From assembly GCA_964016885.1 (NCBI GenBank), contig OZ024743.1, forward strand, positions 128,092,001 to 128,156,000: a stretch of 64,000 nucleotides of DNA, in the 5' to 3' direction. A program made the position numbers and the translations under genes. Positions 1-15,346 of this stretch are shown one piece after another (positions within the stretch are counted from its first letter, which is position 1; the number at the start of each line of letters is the position of its first letter). Origin of the DNA: Eledone cirrhosa. Its lineage: Eukaryota. The notes below the pieces were generated by a model. It did not search any database. It was not told the origin of the DNA and was given only the letters and a program-made list of their open reading frames with translations.

Positions 1-765
1 TATGCGTGCGCTTTCGAAATCGTTCTCCAAGAGATTGAATAGTCAATATTATTGTCTTTTAAGTACCAAATTAGATATGAACGTGATGTTGAGAATTTTT
101 TTGTCCGAACTATTAAATGTGTGTTTATGATTATACCAGCGTTCCTTAAATTTTATAGAAGTGGCTCCTATATAGTTAAATAATTTATCTCTAGTTTTTA
201 CTGTGCATTTGTATACTAAGTTTTTATCTAGACAATTATTCTGTAAAGGGCAACTTAATTTGTTTCTACAGTTACATTTTCTAGAGTTGTTGTCTATAGG
301 AACGGTTGGGTTATTATTAGTATTGTTATTAGTAATATTATTATTGCTATTATGGTTTATTTGGGTTGGGATTAATTTTAAGTTTCTATTATTAATTCTA
401 TTAATATTTTGTGCTAATGTTCATAGTATTAGAGTAAGATAGTTTGATAGTATGCCTGTTAAAAATAGAGTGGTATCTATGGGATATAGGAAAACACTTA
501 TCTAATGCTTTGAAACATAGGTTTGCTAAAGGTGTTTTCATTCCTAATGAGATTGGAGGAGAGTACAAAATTATATTTCTAGTTCTAGTTTTTTTGTTTG
601 ATTTATTATTTAGGTTAATTTGCTTATTATTAATATTATAGTAAATTTTAGGATGATTTTGCATGCTATTATTATCTATGTTTCATTTTATTCATCTAAC
701 CAGCTCTATGTAAAGCATCATTGTAATATTCTGCCTTATTATCAAATATATTTTTATTGACATAT
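1..765 (-). mobile_element. Penelope-like element (Hydra-type) fragment: RT thumb end, linker and GIY-YIG endonuclease, disrupted
   Basis: Minus-strand translation gives YYNDALHRAG, RNIILYSPPISL..FKALDKCFP, CNCR..CPLQNNCLDKNLVYKC..YIGATS..FKERWYNHKHTF; homologous to ORF 61858..62661. Confidence 0.85.
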
Positions 766-792
766 ATTATATATATATATATATATTATATA

Positions 793-863
<71 letters not shown>

Positions 864-865
<2 letters not shown>

Positions 866-1049
866 AACAAGTAAGACCCCGACGGCTGAGCTCAAGCCGT
901 TTCGACGGCTAATTCTGGGAATTAGCCGTCGAAACGGCTTGAGCTCAGCCGTCGGGGTCTTACTTGTTCCTATTACCCACTCTACTACCCTAAGTATTGA
1001 GTACTTTGGTGCGTTATGGTCCACCTGGTTCCTTACCACATTTCCTTCG

Positions 1050-1050
<1 letters not shown>
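864..1050 (+). mobile_element. Fold-back PLE 3' end (family A) between (TA)n tracts; contains HHR 3' half
   Basis: Perfect inverted arms 864-915/919-970, then an 80-nt unique tail. GAAA-CGGCTTGAGCTCAGCCG-TC-GGGGTC matches HHR stem III, GUC and stem I 3' strand. Confidence 0.8.
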
Positions 1051-1112
<62 letters not shown>

Positions 1113-1180
1113 CAAGGTTTAGCAAATATAGAAAAAGTTTTAAAATAAATTTTAAAAAGTTTACTGTACTTACTATATTT

Positions 1181-1263
1181 ACCCTTACCGCGCGGTTTCA
1201 AGTCTCAAAATAAATGGATAATCCTGTGGAACTCCATTGAGAAGAAGACTTTCGTCAGAGGGT
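1181..1263 (-). ncRNA. Type I hammerhead ribozyme
   Basis: Reverse complement: ACCCT-CTGACGA-AAGTCT..AGACTT-GAAA-CCGCGCGG-TA-AGGGT; palindromic stem III, GUA site. Related tail at 43960-44061. Confidence 0.85.
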
Positions 1264-1480
1264 TCTTCTCACTCGGAGAATATAAAATTCCCGAGTTCAA
1301 ATCACGAACTGGCGTCATACAGAACTGTTCCCGGATGAGAGTGTATGTTAAGGAAACAATCTTGTCTAGTGCCGTGTGTAAAGATAGAAGGGAAGGGCGG
1401 AAAGGTCAATGTCCTGCCACTAGAAATAGCAGCAGTAAAAACGACCAAAATTTTATCTCGACCTTAGGAGTGATTAATAA

Positions 1481-1668
1481 TAATTGTTTCTACTTTTTGG
1501 CACCAGGCTAGCAATTATCCCAGGTACTGGTACTTTATTTTATCGACCCCATAAGGATGAAAGGCAAAGTTAACCTCGGCGGGATTTGAACTCAGATCGT
1601 AAAGGGAGGTAACTCTATGCTTCGAAGCATGGCGCCCGACCCTCTACCGATACTGCCAATCCACCGCC
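1481..1668 (-). mobile_element. tRNA-derived SINE with Nin/Deu-like core
   Basis: A box TGGCAGTATCGG, B box GAGTTCAAATCC, core GCCTTTCATCCT..GGGGTCGATAAAAT..AGTACC; GATTAATAATAAT on both flanks resembles a TSD; three copies in the window. Confidence 0.85.
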
Positions 1669-1796
1669 CCGGCGAGATTAATAATAATAAAGTATGTTTT
1701 CCTACGTGCAAAAAATGCATATAGGGACACATGTATTATCCAACCGTATGATATATATATATATACATGTGTCCCTATATGCATTTTATATATATA

Positions 1797-1892
1797 TACA
1801 TACATACATACATACATACATACATACATACATACATACATACATACATACATACATACATACATACATACATACATACATACATACATACA
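1797..1892. repeat. (TACA)n microsatellite
   Basis: Direct reading. Confidence 0.95.
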
Positions 1893-1906
1893 TGCACATA
1901 TAAATA

Positions 1907-2100
1907 TACATGGTGTCCAAAAAATGTATACACACTTTGTTTACCTCTACAGGCATTATTTATTAGAATGCTGTTGAAATGTGAAAAGCTTTGTATGGGG
2001 TCAATCCCACTCTCTGAACATCGAACGCATTTGCCCAAAAAGAAGAACTTGTCTACATCGTTGGATGCAAACGATGTCGCAGGTTTTATATCAGAGTGAC
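1907..2100 (+). mobile_element. Possible Tc1/mariner terminal fragment
   Basis: TA-CATGGTGTCCAAAAAATGTATACACACTTT resembles mariner-type TIRs; no second TIR seen. Confidence 0.3.
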
Positions 2101-2844
2101 CTTCTCCCAGAGCGTTGTATTAATGAAGACTAGGAGTCTCTCGCTCCACAATAAAAAAAAAAAAGAATTATTGGATGGCCGTTGACTCTCCCGAGTTCCT
2201 CCGCCCTTTGACGAGTTTTGTTTTTCATCCCGCAGGGTGTCCAAGCAACCTTGGTAAGTTTGCTAGTTTAGTCACCGACGATCCAACCATGCACAGATTG
2301 TAATGGATTACATATTACCAGTAACGCTGAAGAGCGACCTGACATAAATATATATATATAAATTTTTCAATCATATATATTTTTATTTGTTTGACCCGAA
2401 TTACTTGATCGTGTTTTTTTGGCTGTGCGAATGATTGTTTAGGCTTCGTCTCAGTGTGTTGGTATTAAACGTTAGTTATAGCTCTGGTTCATCCGAACCA
2501 TTGAGCACTTTGCCGCACATTTCGAAGATTGTTTTTCGTTATTTCGTGGGCCGAAGTTCCGATTCTCGATAATTTTATTTGTATATATACATATATATAT
2601 AAAAACTATGACCGCCAATTGCTTTAACTTGAACGCAAACAAATCTACACCAAATCAGTATACTATACGTGAAGTCAATCAAACTCAATCTATAAACCTA
2701 CACTAATGCCACTGCCCAGGCACATACCGCACAAAACAAAGTAAAAATCAATCACGTTCTTCAAAACCATATCCTAACCTACAGTAACCTCGCGGTACAC
2801 TCCCTACATATATATATACGTATATATATATATATATATATATA

Positions 2845-3077
2845 GGAACGAGTAGGACCCCGACGGCTGAGCTCAAGCCGTTTCGACGGCTAATTCTGGA
2901 CTCAAATAACTCATTGCTTATACACACACACACACACATGCGTCCAGAATTAGCCGTCAAAACGGCTTGAGCTCAGCCGTCGGGGTCCTACTCGTTCCTA
3001 TTACCCACTCTACTACCCTAAGTATTGAGTACTTTCGTGCGTTATGGTCCACCTGGTTCCTTACCACATTTCCTTCG

Positions 3078-3078
<1 letters not shown>
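2845..3078 (+). mobile_element. Fold-back PLE 3' end (family A), second copy
   Basis: Same sequence and architecture as 864-1050 with a short (CA)-containing spacer; (TA)n on both sides. Confidence 0.8.
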
Positions 3079-3149
<71 letters not shown>

Positions 3150-3298
3150 GTAGAACACTGGAAGGTAATATCCGTAGTGGTAGAGCACTCAGTCCATGGG
3201 ACGAGTTAGGTAGAAGTGGTTACACAATAGTTAGTTCACCATACCGAGAACAATTGTTTCACCTTAGCGGATCCTCAGCTCGTAATGGACATGGTTAG

Positions 3299-3893
<595 letters not shown>

Positions 3894-3899
3894 TATATA

Positions 3900-4079
3900 T
3901 GGCAGTATCGGTAGAGGGTCGGACGTCATGCTTTGACGCATAGAGTTACGGCCCTTTCCATTCTGAGTTCAAATCCCGCAGAGGTCAACTTTGCCTTTCA
4001 TCCTTACGGGGTCGATAAAATAAAGTACCAGTAATGTACTGAGTAATTGCTGGCCTTGTGCCAAAAGTAGAAACAATTA
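3900..4079 (+). mobile_element. tRNA-derived SINE with Nin/Deu-like core
   Basis: Reverse-complement homolog of 1481-1668 with A box, B box and core. Confidence 0.85.
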
Positions 4080-4242
4080 TATATATATACTGTGTGTGTG
4101 TATCATATTATATTATATTATATTCAGTAGTGGGGTGAAAGATTAAAGTGACAGAGTGGCCCCGAAATTACTGAAAGCCTATGTATGGGCCTGCATATGG
4201 GTTAATATGGCCCTGCCAGGTGGAAATGTCTAGGGAAATAAA

Positions 4243-4276
<34 letters not shown>

Positions 4277-5165
4277 CAAGAATATACGGTTGTTGTTGTA
4301 AGAAACTCTAGGGAAAGCTGGACAACAGGTCTTCAGAGAAGAACCCCCCCCCCCATGCAAGTGTTTCGGCCCTCAACTTCTCTCTCTTTAAGGAGACTGT
4401 ACAGCATCTAGGACATGATTCTTTGGTGCCCTTCTGCTGATGTCCTTTAACCTCTTCGATATAGGAGACTTGTTGTGTGTAGTAAAGTAAAAGACGCAGT
4501 AATTTCGTTCCAGCTGATCCACCCAACTCTCATCCCAACCTACTGTAAACACCATGTGTAACACCATCCCTAATCAACCCCGGGACTCCTTGGTAAACAC
4601 TGTGGCTGTCATCTTTATTGATTGGCCCGCGCCCCAAGTGGCAATGTTTCGTGAAAGAAAGAAGACAAACTAGAAACGTATAATGAAGTAAATGAATAAA
4701 CAGTGATTTATGTTTACCAAATGACTCACCACGGAGCCCTGGTAAACACCATGGCTGTCACCCTTCTTGCTCCACCTTGTGTAGTACCCTGAAAAACAGC
4801 ACGTGTAACACTCCCACCTTAATCGACCCCGGTTGAAAACATTTAGGGAAAGAAAGAAGACGATATACAGTTGTAGTAAAGTTTTTTTTTTTTTTTTTTT
4901 TTTTTTAAACATAGATTTGTCCTTACCGCCAAGTTCCGTGATACCCCTCTAATCCACCCCGGGTGGAAGTTTTTAGTGAACCAAAACAAAATAATGTACA
5001 GTTATTGTGGCAAAATAAGAGAAAAAGCAGAGAACTGTCCTTACCAGCTTCCGTGTAGTAGAAATGAATGAAAAAGAAGACAACTGCAGGGAAATGGTAG
5101 TAAAATTCCATATCACAGAAGATTTCAATTCCTCTTGGAGTAATATATATGTATGTATGTATGCG

Positions 5166-5196
<31 letters not shown>

Positions 5197-5658
5197 ATGT
5201 GTGTGTGTACGTATGTACGTACGTATGTATGTATGTAAGTATGTATTATATATGTATGTATGTGTGTGTGTGTGTGTGTGTTATGTATGTGTTATAAATG
5301 TATGTATGTTTTATGTGAGGTATGTATGTCTGTATGTTTGTACGCGTGTATGTGTGTATGTATGTAATATGTGTGTATATATGTATGTTTACATGTATAT
5401 ATGTATGTATGTATGTATATATTTGTTTATATGTATATATGTTTATATGTATATATGTGTATATGTATGTGTGTATATAGTGGCGGCACGGCCTTCCTTT
5501 ACTGATTGTATTTCATCATTTTTATCTTTTTTTATTTATTTATCAATTTTTTTTTTTGTCTTTTCCTTTCCTTGCAACGACAGAAGGAAGACTAATGAAG
5601 AGAAGAAGAGAGAGTGGTTGTGGGTGTGAGATAGAGAGAGGGGCAGGTTGTGCGGAAA

Positions 5659-5699
<41 letters not shown>

Positions 5700-5978
5700 G
5701 TGCGTGTGATATATATATGTATATATATATGTGTGTCTGTGTGTGTGTGTGTGTGTGTGTTACATACATACGTACGTACATACATACATATATGTTGTGG
5801 TGAGGGGAGGGAGATAGAGATAGACTCTATGTATGAGTGAGTGTGAGAGTGTATCAGAGAGTGAGAGAGAAAGAGAGAGAGACAGTATGTTACATACATA
5901 TGTATGCACAAGCATACATATGTACATACGTACATACATACATACATACATACATGCATACATTCATACATACATACA

Positions 5979-6011
<33 letters not shown>

Positions 6012-6072
6012 GCTGTGAGGGGAGAGAGAGAGATAGATAGATAGACTCTATGTATGAGTGTGTGTGAGTGTG

Positions 6073-6145
<73 letters not shown>

Positions 6146-6439
6146 GATTGGTAGAAATATCAAGATATTGTTGTCTTCGACTGAGAAGTTCTTAGAAGAA
6201 GGAAAGAAAGAAAGTAAGTAAGAAATAAAGTAGGAAAAGTTTTTTTCTTAATTTTCTTCTTTTTTTCTTTTCACCCGCTATCCTTTATTTTTGTACTCCG
6301 TCTAATTTCTGTATGTGCATATATATATATGTGCATATACATATATATATATACATATATAAATATATATATATATATATGTGTTGATTTAAAACTTCAC
6401 TATTCACAAGTGTTTTTTAAGCTTCATATCATATATCCC

Positions 6440-6510
6440 TATTTTATCTGATGAGAACGCAGATATCATCTCATGATGATATTTGTTTTGGAAATGTGCA
6501 TAATAAAATA
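6440..6510 (+). ncRNA. Type I hammerhead ribozyme in a (TA)n-flanked PLE 3' end (6380-6635)
   Basis: TATTTTAT-CTGATGA-stem II-GAAA-TGTGCA-TA-ATAAAATA; paralog at 41680-41750. Confidence 0.85.
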
Positions 6511-6631
6511 CTCGGAACTCTTTTAACCATCTTTTGATCTTATATTATTTATACTCCAGTCCTACAAACTGTAGAGTGCTACTTATCCGATATTTGCATT
6601 GCTTTATTGTGCTACAATAAAACTCACCTCC

Positions 6632-6702
<71 letters not shown>

Positions 6703-6728
6703 AGATCACTGATGAAGGACTAACTTTA

Positions 6729-6765
<37 letters not shown>

Positions 6766-7030
6766 CGTTCCTTTGTCAGTGTTGAACAAACGAGCAACGA
6801 TGGTTGCTAGACACTATGGCTTAATACGGTATGTTTGTTTACAAATACACCGAGCATTATAATAAATGTTCGGTGAATCCATACGTACATATATATATGT
6901 GTGCATGTATGTATATATATATACATACTGCTGTACGTCTGTATACATATGTGTATGTACGTATACATACTTATATTTAAGTAACAGCCGTACTAAGAGT
7001 GGGAAATGAAATTTCGTTTCATTTTTTCCG

Positions 7031-7061
<31 letters not shown>

Positions 7062-7140
7062 GCACATATATATATATATGCACATATATATGCACACAGA
7101 AACACACACATATATATATTCATATATATATCACACGCAC

Positions 7141-7207
<67 letters not shown>

Positions 7208-7245
7208 CACAGCCTGCCCCTCTCTCTATCTCACACCCACAACCA

Positions 7246-7294
<49 letters not shown>

Positions 7295-7629
7295 TGTTTG
7301 TGTGAATGCAAATGGTAGTTGAAATGTACCCGTGTGTGGGATGTGTGCGTGCGTATGTATTCCTATAGAAGTGAGCGGTGCGCGTATGTATATATAAATG
7401 TATGTGTGTGTGTCTATGTGAGTGTGTGATTGTGAAAGTGTGCGTGCGTGTGTGTGTTTTGCATGTAAGTGTATGTGTGCACATATGATTGTCTATATGT
7501 ATATATCTGTGTGTGTGTGTGTAGGTAAGTATGTTTTATATTCATACCGTTGTTTTTGTCTTATTGTTTTGTTTTTTAATCTATTGTTGTGTTTGGTGAT
7601 GATGTTGATGGAGTGTTACTACTGTGATG

Positions 7630-7718
<89 letters not shown>

Positions 7719-7846
7719 AGTAGTAGTAAATATTGTTTACAACTTTCCCAAACCGTCACGTGTGAAAACTGAAGAGTGGAAGTTGCAATATTATGTATAA
7801 AATGACGCACGTTACCACCACCACTACTACCACCACCACTACTACT

Positions 7847-7916
<70 letters not shown>

Positions 7917-7917
7917 T

Positions 7918-7962
<45 letters not shown>

Positions 7963-7963
7963 C

Positions 7964-8004
<41 letters not shown>

Positions 8005-8062
8005 CACCACCACTACTACCACCACCACCACTACTACTACTACCACCACCACCACTACTACC

Positions 8063-8124
<62 letters not shown>

Positions 8125-8179
8125 CACCACTACTACTACTACTACTACCACCACCACCACCACCACCACTACTACTACC

Positions 8180-8216
<37 letters not shown>

Positions 8217-8218
8217 TT

Positions 8219-8255
<37 letters not shown>

Positions 8256-8257
8256 TT

Positions 8258-8327
<70 letters not shown>

Positions 8328-8328
8328 T

Positions 8329-8360
<32 letters not shown>

Positions 8361-8470
8361 TTACCACCACCACTACTACTACTACTACTAGTACTACTAC
8401 TACTATTACCACCACTACTACTACTACTACTACTATTACCACCACCACCACTACTACTACTATTACCACC

Positions 8471-8537
<67 letters not shown>

Positions 8538-8542
8538 TTACC

Positions 8543-8576
<34 letters not shown>

Positions 8577-8633
8577 TTACCACCACCACCACTACTACTA
8601 CTACTATTACTACTACTACTACTGTTGCTGCTG

Positions 8634-8672
<39 letters not shown>
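7630..8672. repeat. (AGT)n followed by long compound (ACT/ACC/ATT)n microsatellite
   Basis: (AGT)n 7630-7727 and its complement-type repeat 7813-8672. Confidence 0.95.
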
Positions 8673-8941
8673 TTGAAGCCGTAATACTCAAAAACTAATT
8701 AGGCCCTCCATAGGGAGTAGCGTTCCCAAAAGTGACTAGAGGGCTAGTCAAGTGTTTTTGTTAAGACACCCTACTATAACTTGCACCTTAGGGCTTTTTT
8801 TTTTGTTAAAGGCACTTTGCACTCTACGCCTATCAATACTTGTACATAAATTTATAAGTTTATACATATATAGAGATCGGAGTACTCAAATAGGTAAAAT
8901 AACGATCGCTTTGGCACCCCGGTCGGAATTTTACCTCTCTA

Positions 8942-9595
<654 letters not shown>

Positions 9596-9749
9596 TATAT
9601 ATATATATATAAGCAAAAGTGATGTTTAATTTGTTGGTAATTCAACAAATATAAATGTTTATAACTGATTCGAAGCACTCGACAAGTTTTCTGGAGTATA
9701 ATATTCAATGATATTAAATAAATGGAAACTATATTTATAAAACCATATT

Positions 9750-9810
9750 TATTCTATTATATATATTTCAAGGGTACCAAAACTTTGGTACGCTCTCATC
9801 AGATAAAATA
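9750..9810 (-). ncRNA. Type I hammerhead ribozyme (family E, left arm of palindrome 9612-9952)
   Basis: Reverse complement: TATTTTAT-CTGATGA-GAGCGTACCAAA..TTTGGTACCCTT-GAAA-TATATA-TA-ATAGAATA. Confidence 0.85.
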
Positions 9811-9844
9811 CAAAGTTTGTTTAATAAATATTGACATAACTTTG

Positions 9845-9905
9845 TATTTTATCTGATGAGTGCGTACCAAAATGTTGGTACCTTTGAAATATATATAATA
9901 GAATA
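9845..9905 (+). ncRNA. Type I hammerhead ribozyme (family E, right arm)
   Basis: TATTTTAT-CTGATGA-stem II-GAAA-TATATA-TA-ATAGAATA. Confidence 0.8.
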
Positions 9906-9973
9906 AATATGGTTTTATAAATATAGTTTCTATTTATTTAATATCATTGAATGTCTATATCTATATATATATA

Positions 9974-11470
9974 CTAGCAGCTGAGCCCGGTTGCACCCGG
10001 GGCCACTTTTTATTAAGTTAATAATTTGGAAAAAAAAAAAAATATGCACTTGGGGCTGGACGGCGTACAATGAGAAGTGGAGCGACGTGAAGGTTTGTAT
10101 GATAGTTTACACTTTGATTGCCCTGGTCAGCAAGAGGGGCCTCTATATATTAGACGTTTATTAGAAGAGGGGGAAATAACTAACCCCAGTATTAGAACAG
10201 GGGGTTCGCAATGTAAGGGTTTTATTTCTTTTGTTAGAAAACAGTGACCTTTTTCTGTTTGGCATTTCGTAAAATTCTACCGCAGAATCGATTTCATAAA
10301 ACGGTACTGTATGATCGTTAAATGTAGAAGGATGATAGTTTATTAACAGCGAAATAGCAATGTCGATGATATGCAAGTTTAAAAATATTGTTAGTGGTGG
10401 TTAACATGTATTAGAATTAAAATGAAAATGATATCTGAAAAAACGTATTTGAGAACATGACTCCCTTCTTCTCAATTTAAAGGTTTTATTTTTTTTTTTA
10501 TGGAAAACAGTGACCTTTTGGGGTTTGGAATTTCGTAAAAGGGTACAGCAGAATTGATTTCATAAAACGGTACTGTATGTTAACAGCGAAAGAACGCTGC
10601 GAAAGAACGCAGCGAAAGAAATTGATGAGTTTAAAAATGTGTATGAAATTGTAAATAAGACAATGAATATAGAAAATATTAGAACAGGGGGAAATAACAC
10701 AAGTTAATAATTTGAAAAATATTATTGAAAGTTTATTATAAAGAAGCAGTTTCAGGAAAAAAAATATAAATATGCACTTGGGGCTGGACGGCGTACAATG
10801 AGAAGGTAAGGGTTTTATTTCTTTTGTTAGAAAACTGACCTTTTTCGATTTTGCATTTCGTAAAATTCTACTGCAGAATCGATTTCATAAAACGGTACTG
10901 TATGATCGTTATAGAAGTATTTAAATTTAATATAGAGCCACTGTAATTGAAAAATAAAAATGAAATGTACTGTAGAAGGCAACAGTTTATTAATCTGCAT
11001 TTTCAAACTTGCATATCATCGATATTGCTATTTCGCTGTTAATAAACAACGCTTTTCACGTCGCTCCACTTCTCATTGTACGCCATCCAGCCCCAAGTGC
11101 ATATTTCTATTTTTTTTCCTGAAACTGCTTCTTTATAATAAACTTTCAATAATATTTTTCAAATTATTGGTACTGTATGTTAACAGCGAAAGAACGTTGA
11201 TGAGTTTAAAAATTTGTATGAAATTGTAAATAACTCATCCAAGTATTAGAACAGGGGGAAATAACTCACCGAACGCGATAGTAAATAGACCGTTTGGGGG
11301 CCCTAGGAACCACATTTTTCAAGTTTGAGATTTGAAACCTCGTCTATTTGCTTTCTTGGCACTTTTTACATAGGTGTGTAAATTTTCATGTCCGTCCGAC
11401 CACGTCTACTACCATTTAACCGTGCACATCTGAATTTCAACCACCACCCATTTCACAAATATATATTAGA
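9974..11470 (-). mobile_element. Non-autonomous Helitron with internal direct and inverted duplications
   Basis: Minus-strand 5' TC at 11470; 3' hairpin CCCGGGTGCAACCGGG followed by CTAG|T at 9974. Confidence 0.7.
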
Positions 11471-11479
11471 TATAGAGTA

Positions 11480-12039
11480 ATGTAAATGCTAAAGGGTTAA
11501 TCCCATCAGACCATGTGAGAGAGTTTATAATCACTCACGCACACATACACACTCACGCATGCAAACGCACACAAACTCACACACACGCAATAGTTATTCC
11601 ACTGTCATGTATCTTTGACGCATACAACTCTCAAAAGACGGCGTCTGTCACTCTCTCTCTCTCCCGCTATCCCCCTCTTTTAGTCTGTCTGTTTCTTTCA
11701 CTCTCACTCTTTCTCTCTGTAACTCGTTCACATTTCTCCCCTCTATCGATAAACGCTGTGACGAATGGGGAGAAGGAGGAGGAAGAGTAGAGAGCCACTT
11801 ATTCACTTCGCCTCTCCGTTTCTTTCTCTCCCCTCTCACTCCCTCATTATGTACAGACATTGGCCACTTCACTAATTCGATCCCAAGGTCAAAATAATTT
11901 GAAATTTTTTTTTTGCTCAAAACACTTCCGGGGCCATACGGGTTACATGTGTAAAGTTTGAAAAGAAAACGGTTGGGTACTTCTCGAGTTTTAGGGAAAC
12001 AGACACACAGACAGACATCCTCTGTTTTATATATATAGA
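11480..12039 (-). mobile_element. Helitron 5' portion (non-autonomous)
   Basis: Starts TCTATATATATAAAACAGAGGATGTCTGTC, like the 5' ends at 63688 and about 21760. Confidence 0.55.
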
Positions 12040-13093
12040 TATATATATAGTTTTGATATAGATGAGATTCTACAGGACTAGAACTGTTTCATTCTTGAGA
12101 AATCTTCAGAAATCTGACTGTCCAAATAAATGTGATGGTATTTATATCTTTTCTGGTGGTAGGAGAGGGTGGGGAGTGGGATGGGTAGGGGTCATTGGCT
12201 GAAAGAAAAGGGAATTCATGAAAAGCTAATTCTTTAAAGCTATAATTTATATTTAGAGTGACAAAGGCAGAAAGAATTCTATAAACAAGTTCAAATTGGG
12301 GTGCCACTCCTAATTTTTAAGTTTCTCTTAAGCCAACAATACCTATGTTTCAGGTGTCTATAAGATGGTTGGGGGTCAGTCATGGTTGATGGGTTTAAAG
12401 AAAAGAGAAATTTTTTAAAAGCTATTTCTTTAAAGCTCTACTTTAAGGCAGAGAATTCCATGAACCAGTTCAAATATTGGGTGCCTGTCCTTATTGTCAT
12501 GTTTCTCTTAAGCTATATTTCAGGTGTCTACACACACATTCACACACACATAAATATACACATATACAAACATACACAAACATATACATACACACCCCAA
12601 AAAAATGTTTTTCTCCCACACGCCACCTACACCCACAACACGCTTAAACCCCACACACACGTGCTTTCCACCACATATTTACACCTTCAGCCTCCAGATT
12701 CCTCTCCCCCCACCCCTCTATCCACACACGTACACACACTCCGACCTACACCCCACCCCACACACACCTCTTCCTGAACATGCAACCTCGTTCTTCCCCC
12801 AACCCTTGCTTTCACATACACACACACACACACACACGTACACCTACACACACACACCACCTTCAGCCCTCCCCGCTCGGACACCCCGTCTCCCTCTCCC
12901 CACTCCACCCGCCACCACCCCTACACACCCCACACCCTTCCATCACCTATTTTACCCCATTTTAATTTCATTTTATTTTGATCATGCTTTTATTTTTAAT
13001 TTCATTCGCACCGTTTCCTCCCACCCCCTTTTCGTTATATGTCTCTCCACAACTCCCCTACACACCCTTTGAACTCTCTTCCCACACACTTTT

Positions 13094-13127
13094 CACCTGA
13101 GGAAGGGCTTATGCCCGAAACGTCGTT
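13094..13127 (+). ncRNA. Minimal hammerhead ribozyme at a PLE 3' end (12530-13215)
   Basis: CTGAGGA-AGGGC-TTAT-GCCC-GAAA-CG-TC; classic minimal PLE form, weak stem I. Decayed relative at 26514-26545. Confidence 0.75.
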
Positions 13128-13213
13128 CCCCACCACCACCCCACTCTCCAGAGCGTGAAATTAATAAACATTCGTTGTACTGCCTCTCTGTTTTGTTCCT
13201 GTTCAAATTTTCC

Positions 13214-13261
<48 letters not shown>

Positions 13262-13359
13262 TAAACGGTATATCGCTGTATATATATATGTATATATATA
13301 TATATATATACATATATATATACACCGATTCTTTGCTTAAACTTTAATCTGTTATTTTA

Positions 13360-13428
<69 letters not shown>

Positions 13429-13476
13429 CATATATATAAATATACACACACATATACATACACATATACATATAAA

Positions 13477-13525
<49 letters not shown>

Positions 13526-13556
13526 TATACATACATACACACATATACATATATAT

Positions 13557-13619
<63 letters not shown>

Positions 13620-13832
13620 CATACATATATATATATACATATACATACATATATATATATACATACACATACATATATATATATATACATACACATACAT
13701 ATATATATATACATACACATAAATATACATATATATATACACACATACATACACATATACATATACATACATACACATACACATACACATACATATATAC
13801 ACACACACACATACATACATATATATATACAC

Positions 13833-13883
<51 letters not shown>

Positions 13884-13934
13884 AAAGTGAGTTACAAACG
13901 AAACGAAATTTAATTTCGTTTCGTTATTTGTTTT

Positions 13935-13996
<62 letters not shown>

Positions 13997-13999
<3 letters not shown>

Positions 14000-15160
14000 T
14001 GGCTGCCAACTCGTTTTCGAGTATGGCCACTACTTTATATCCATGTAGGAGAACCGCTACCGATGCGCTGAACGAGTGTGGCTTCTTAGTCCAGCCAGCG
14101 ACTTGAAAACTCTGGTACAAACACTACACTTGTGACAATTATTCACACCTAGTGCTGGGCCCATGGTACCATGTGACCCAAGGTGTCGTGTGAAATCACT
14201 ACTCGACCTGCATACCCTTCCACAAACATCACATGTCGTCGTCTGATGAACACTTATAGCTCCACAGGTCCCTGCTTCCCTGTTCTTGTGCACTCTCAGG
14301 TGACTCTTTAGACCTGCCCATGCTCAGACAAACCTTATTACAGGTCTCACATGTCAGGTCAGGCCCTCTGTCAGTGCCTTCGGGAAGGCCAACATGGATT
14401 CCTTTCCGAACGTCTATTTTTAGTGTCGCGTGCCTTCTTCTTGTTTCCTCAAATAGACTCTTGCCACTGGCCACTGCTTTCCTCCAATGCGATCGGTCGC
14501 TAGCGCATGCTTCCCAGTGCTCACAAGGGATGTTACTCTTCTTGAGCACCCTCTTGACGCAGTCCTTAAAACGCATCTTGGGTTTGATCGCGTTCCTATT
14601 TCCCGTTTGGAGCTCGCCATAAAGCAGCTGCTTCGGCATTCGCTTGTCATTCATCCTTACAAGATGGCCTGTCCAGCGCAGCTGATGTTTCAAAATCAAG
14701 GACTCGACACTATCACAGCCACTTCTGTCCAGAACCTCGACGTCACTGACAAACATTTGCCAAGTTATGCCGAGGATCCGACGTAAGCAGTACTGGTGGA
14801 ACTTCTCAAGTCGCTTCATCTGTCTACGGTGGACCACCCACGTCTCACAAGCGAGCACACACGCATGATACACTTTGAGCTTTGTCTTTACCGAAATTCC
14901 GTACTGAGACCAGAGACGCTTGTTCAGTTTTCCAAAAGCATCACTGGCTTTCTGTATCCTGTTTGATATTTTCCCATCAAGATCGCAGGACATACTCAGA
15001 GTGCTTCCAAGATATACAAAACTGTCAACGACCCTTAGCCGTTCACCATAAACCAAGATGTTGGGCACACAACATGGCTTCCCAGAGGCTGGTTGGTACA
15101 TGGCTACTGTCTTTTTCAGGCTTATGGTAAGTCCCAATGCAGTACACGCATTAGAAAACG
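13997..15160 (-). mobile_element. RTE-clade LINE, 5'-truncated: RT C-terminus plus three C2H2 zinc fingers
   Basis: ORF 14229..15137 (GLTISLKKT, FVYLGSTLS, QLRWTGHLVRMNDKRMPKQLLYGEL); CDVCGR..H..H and CSVCTR..H...H in 14057..14293; 3' hairpin CTCG..CGAG then (TA)n. Confidence 0.9.
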
Positions 15161-15188
15161 GTATATATATATATATATATACATATTA

Positions 15189-15267
<79 letters not shown>

Positions 15268-15293
15268 TATTACATATACAAACACATATACAT

Positions 15294-15344
<51 letters not shown>

Positions 15345-15346
<2 letters not shown>

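Noticed and set aside
7756-8698. 301-aa poly-Thr (mucin-like) and 311-aa poly-Val ORFs
   Set aside because: Pure trinucleotide microsatellite; no signal peptide, splice context or non-repetitive domain
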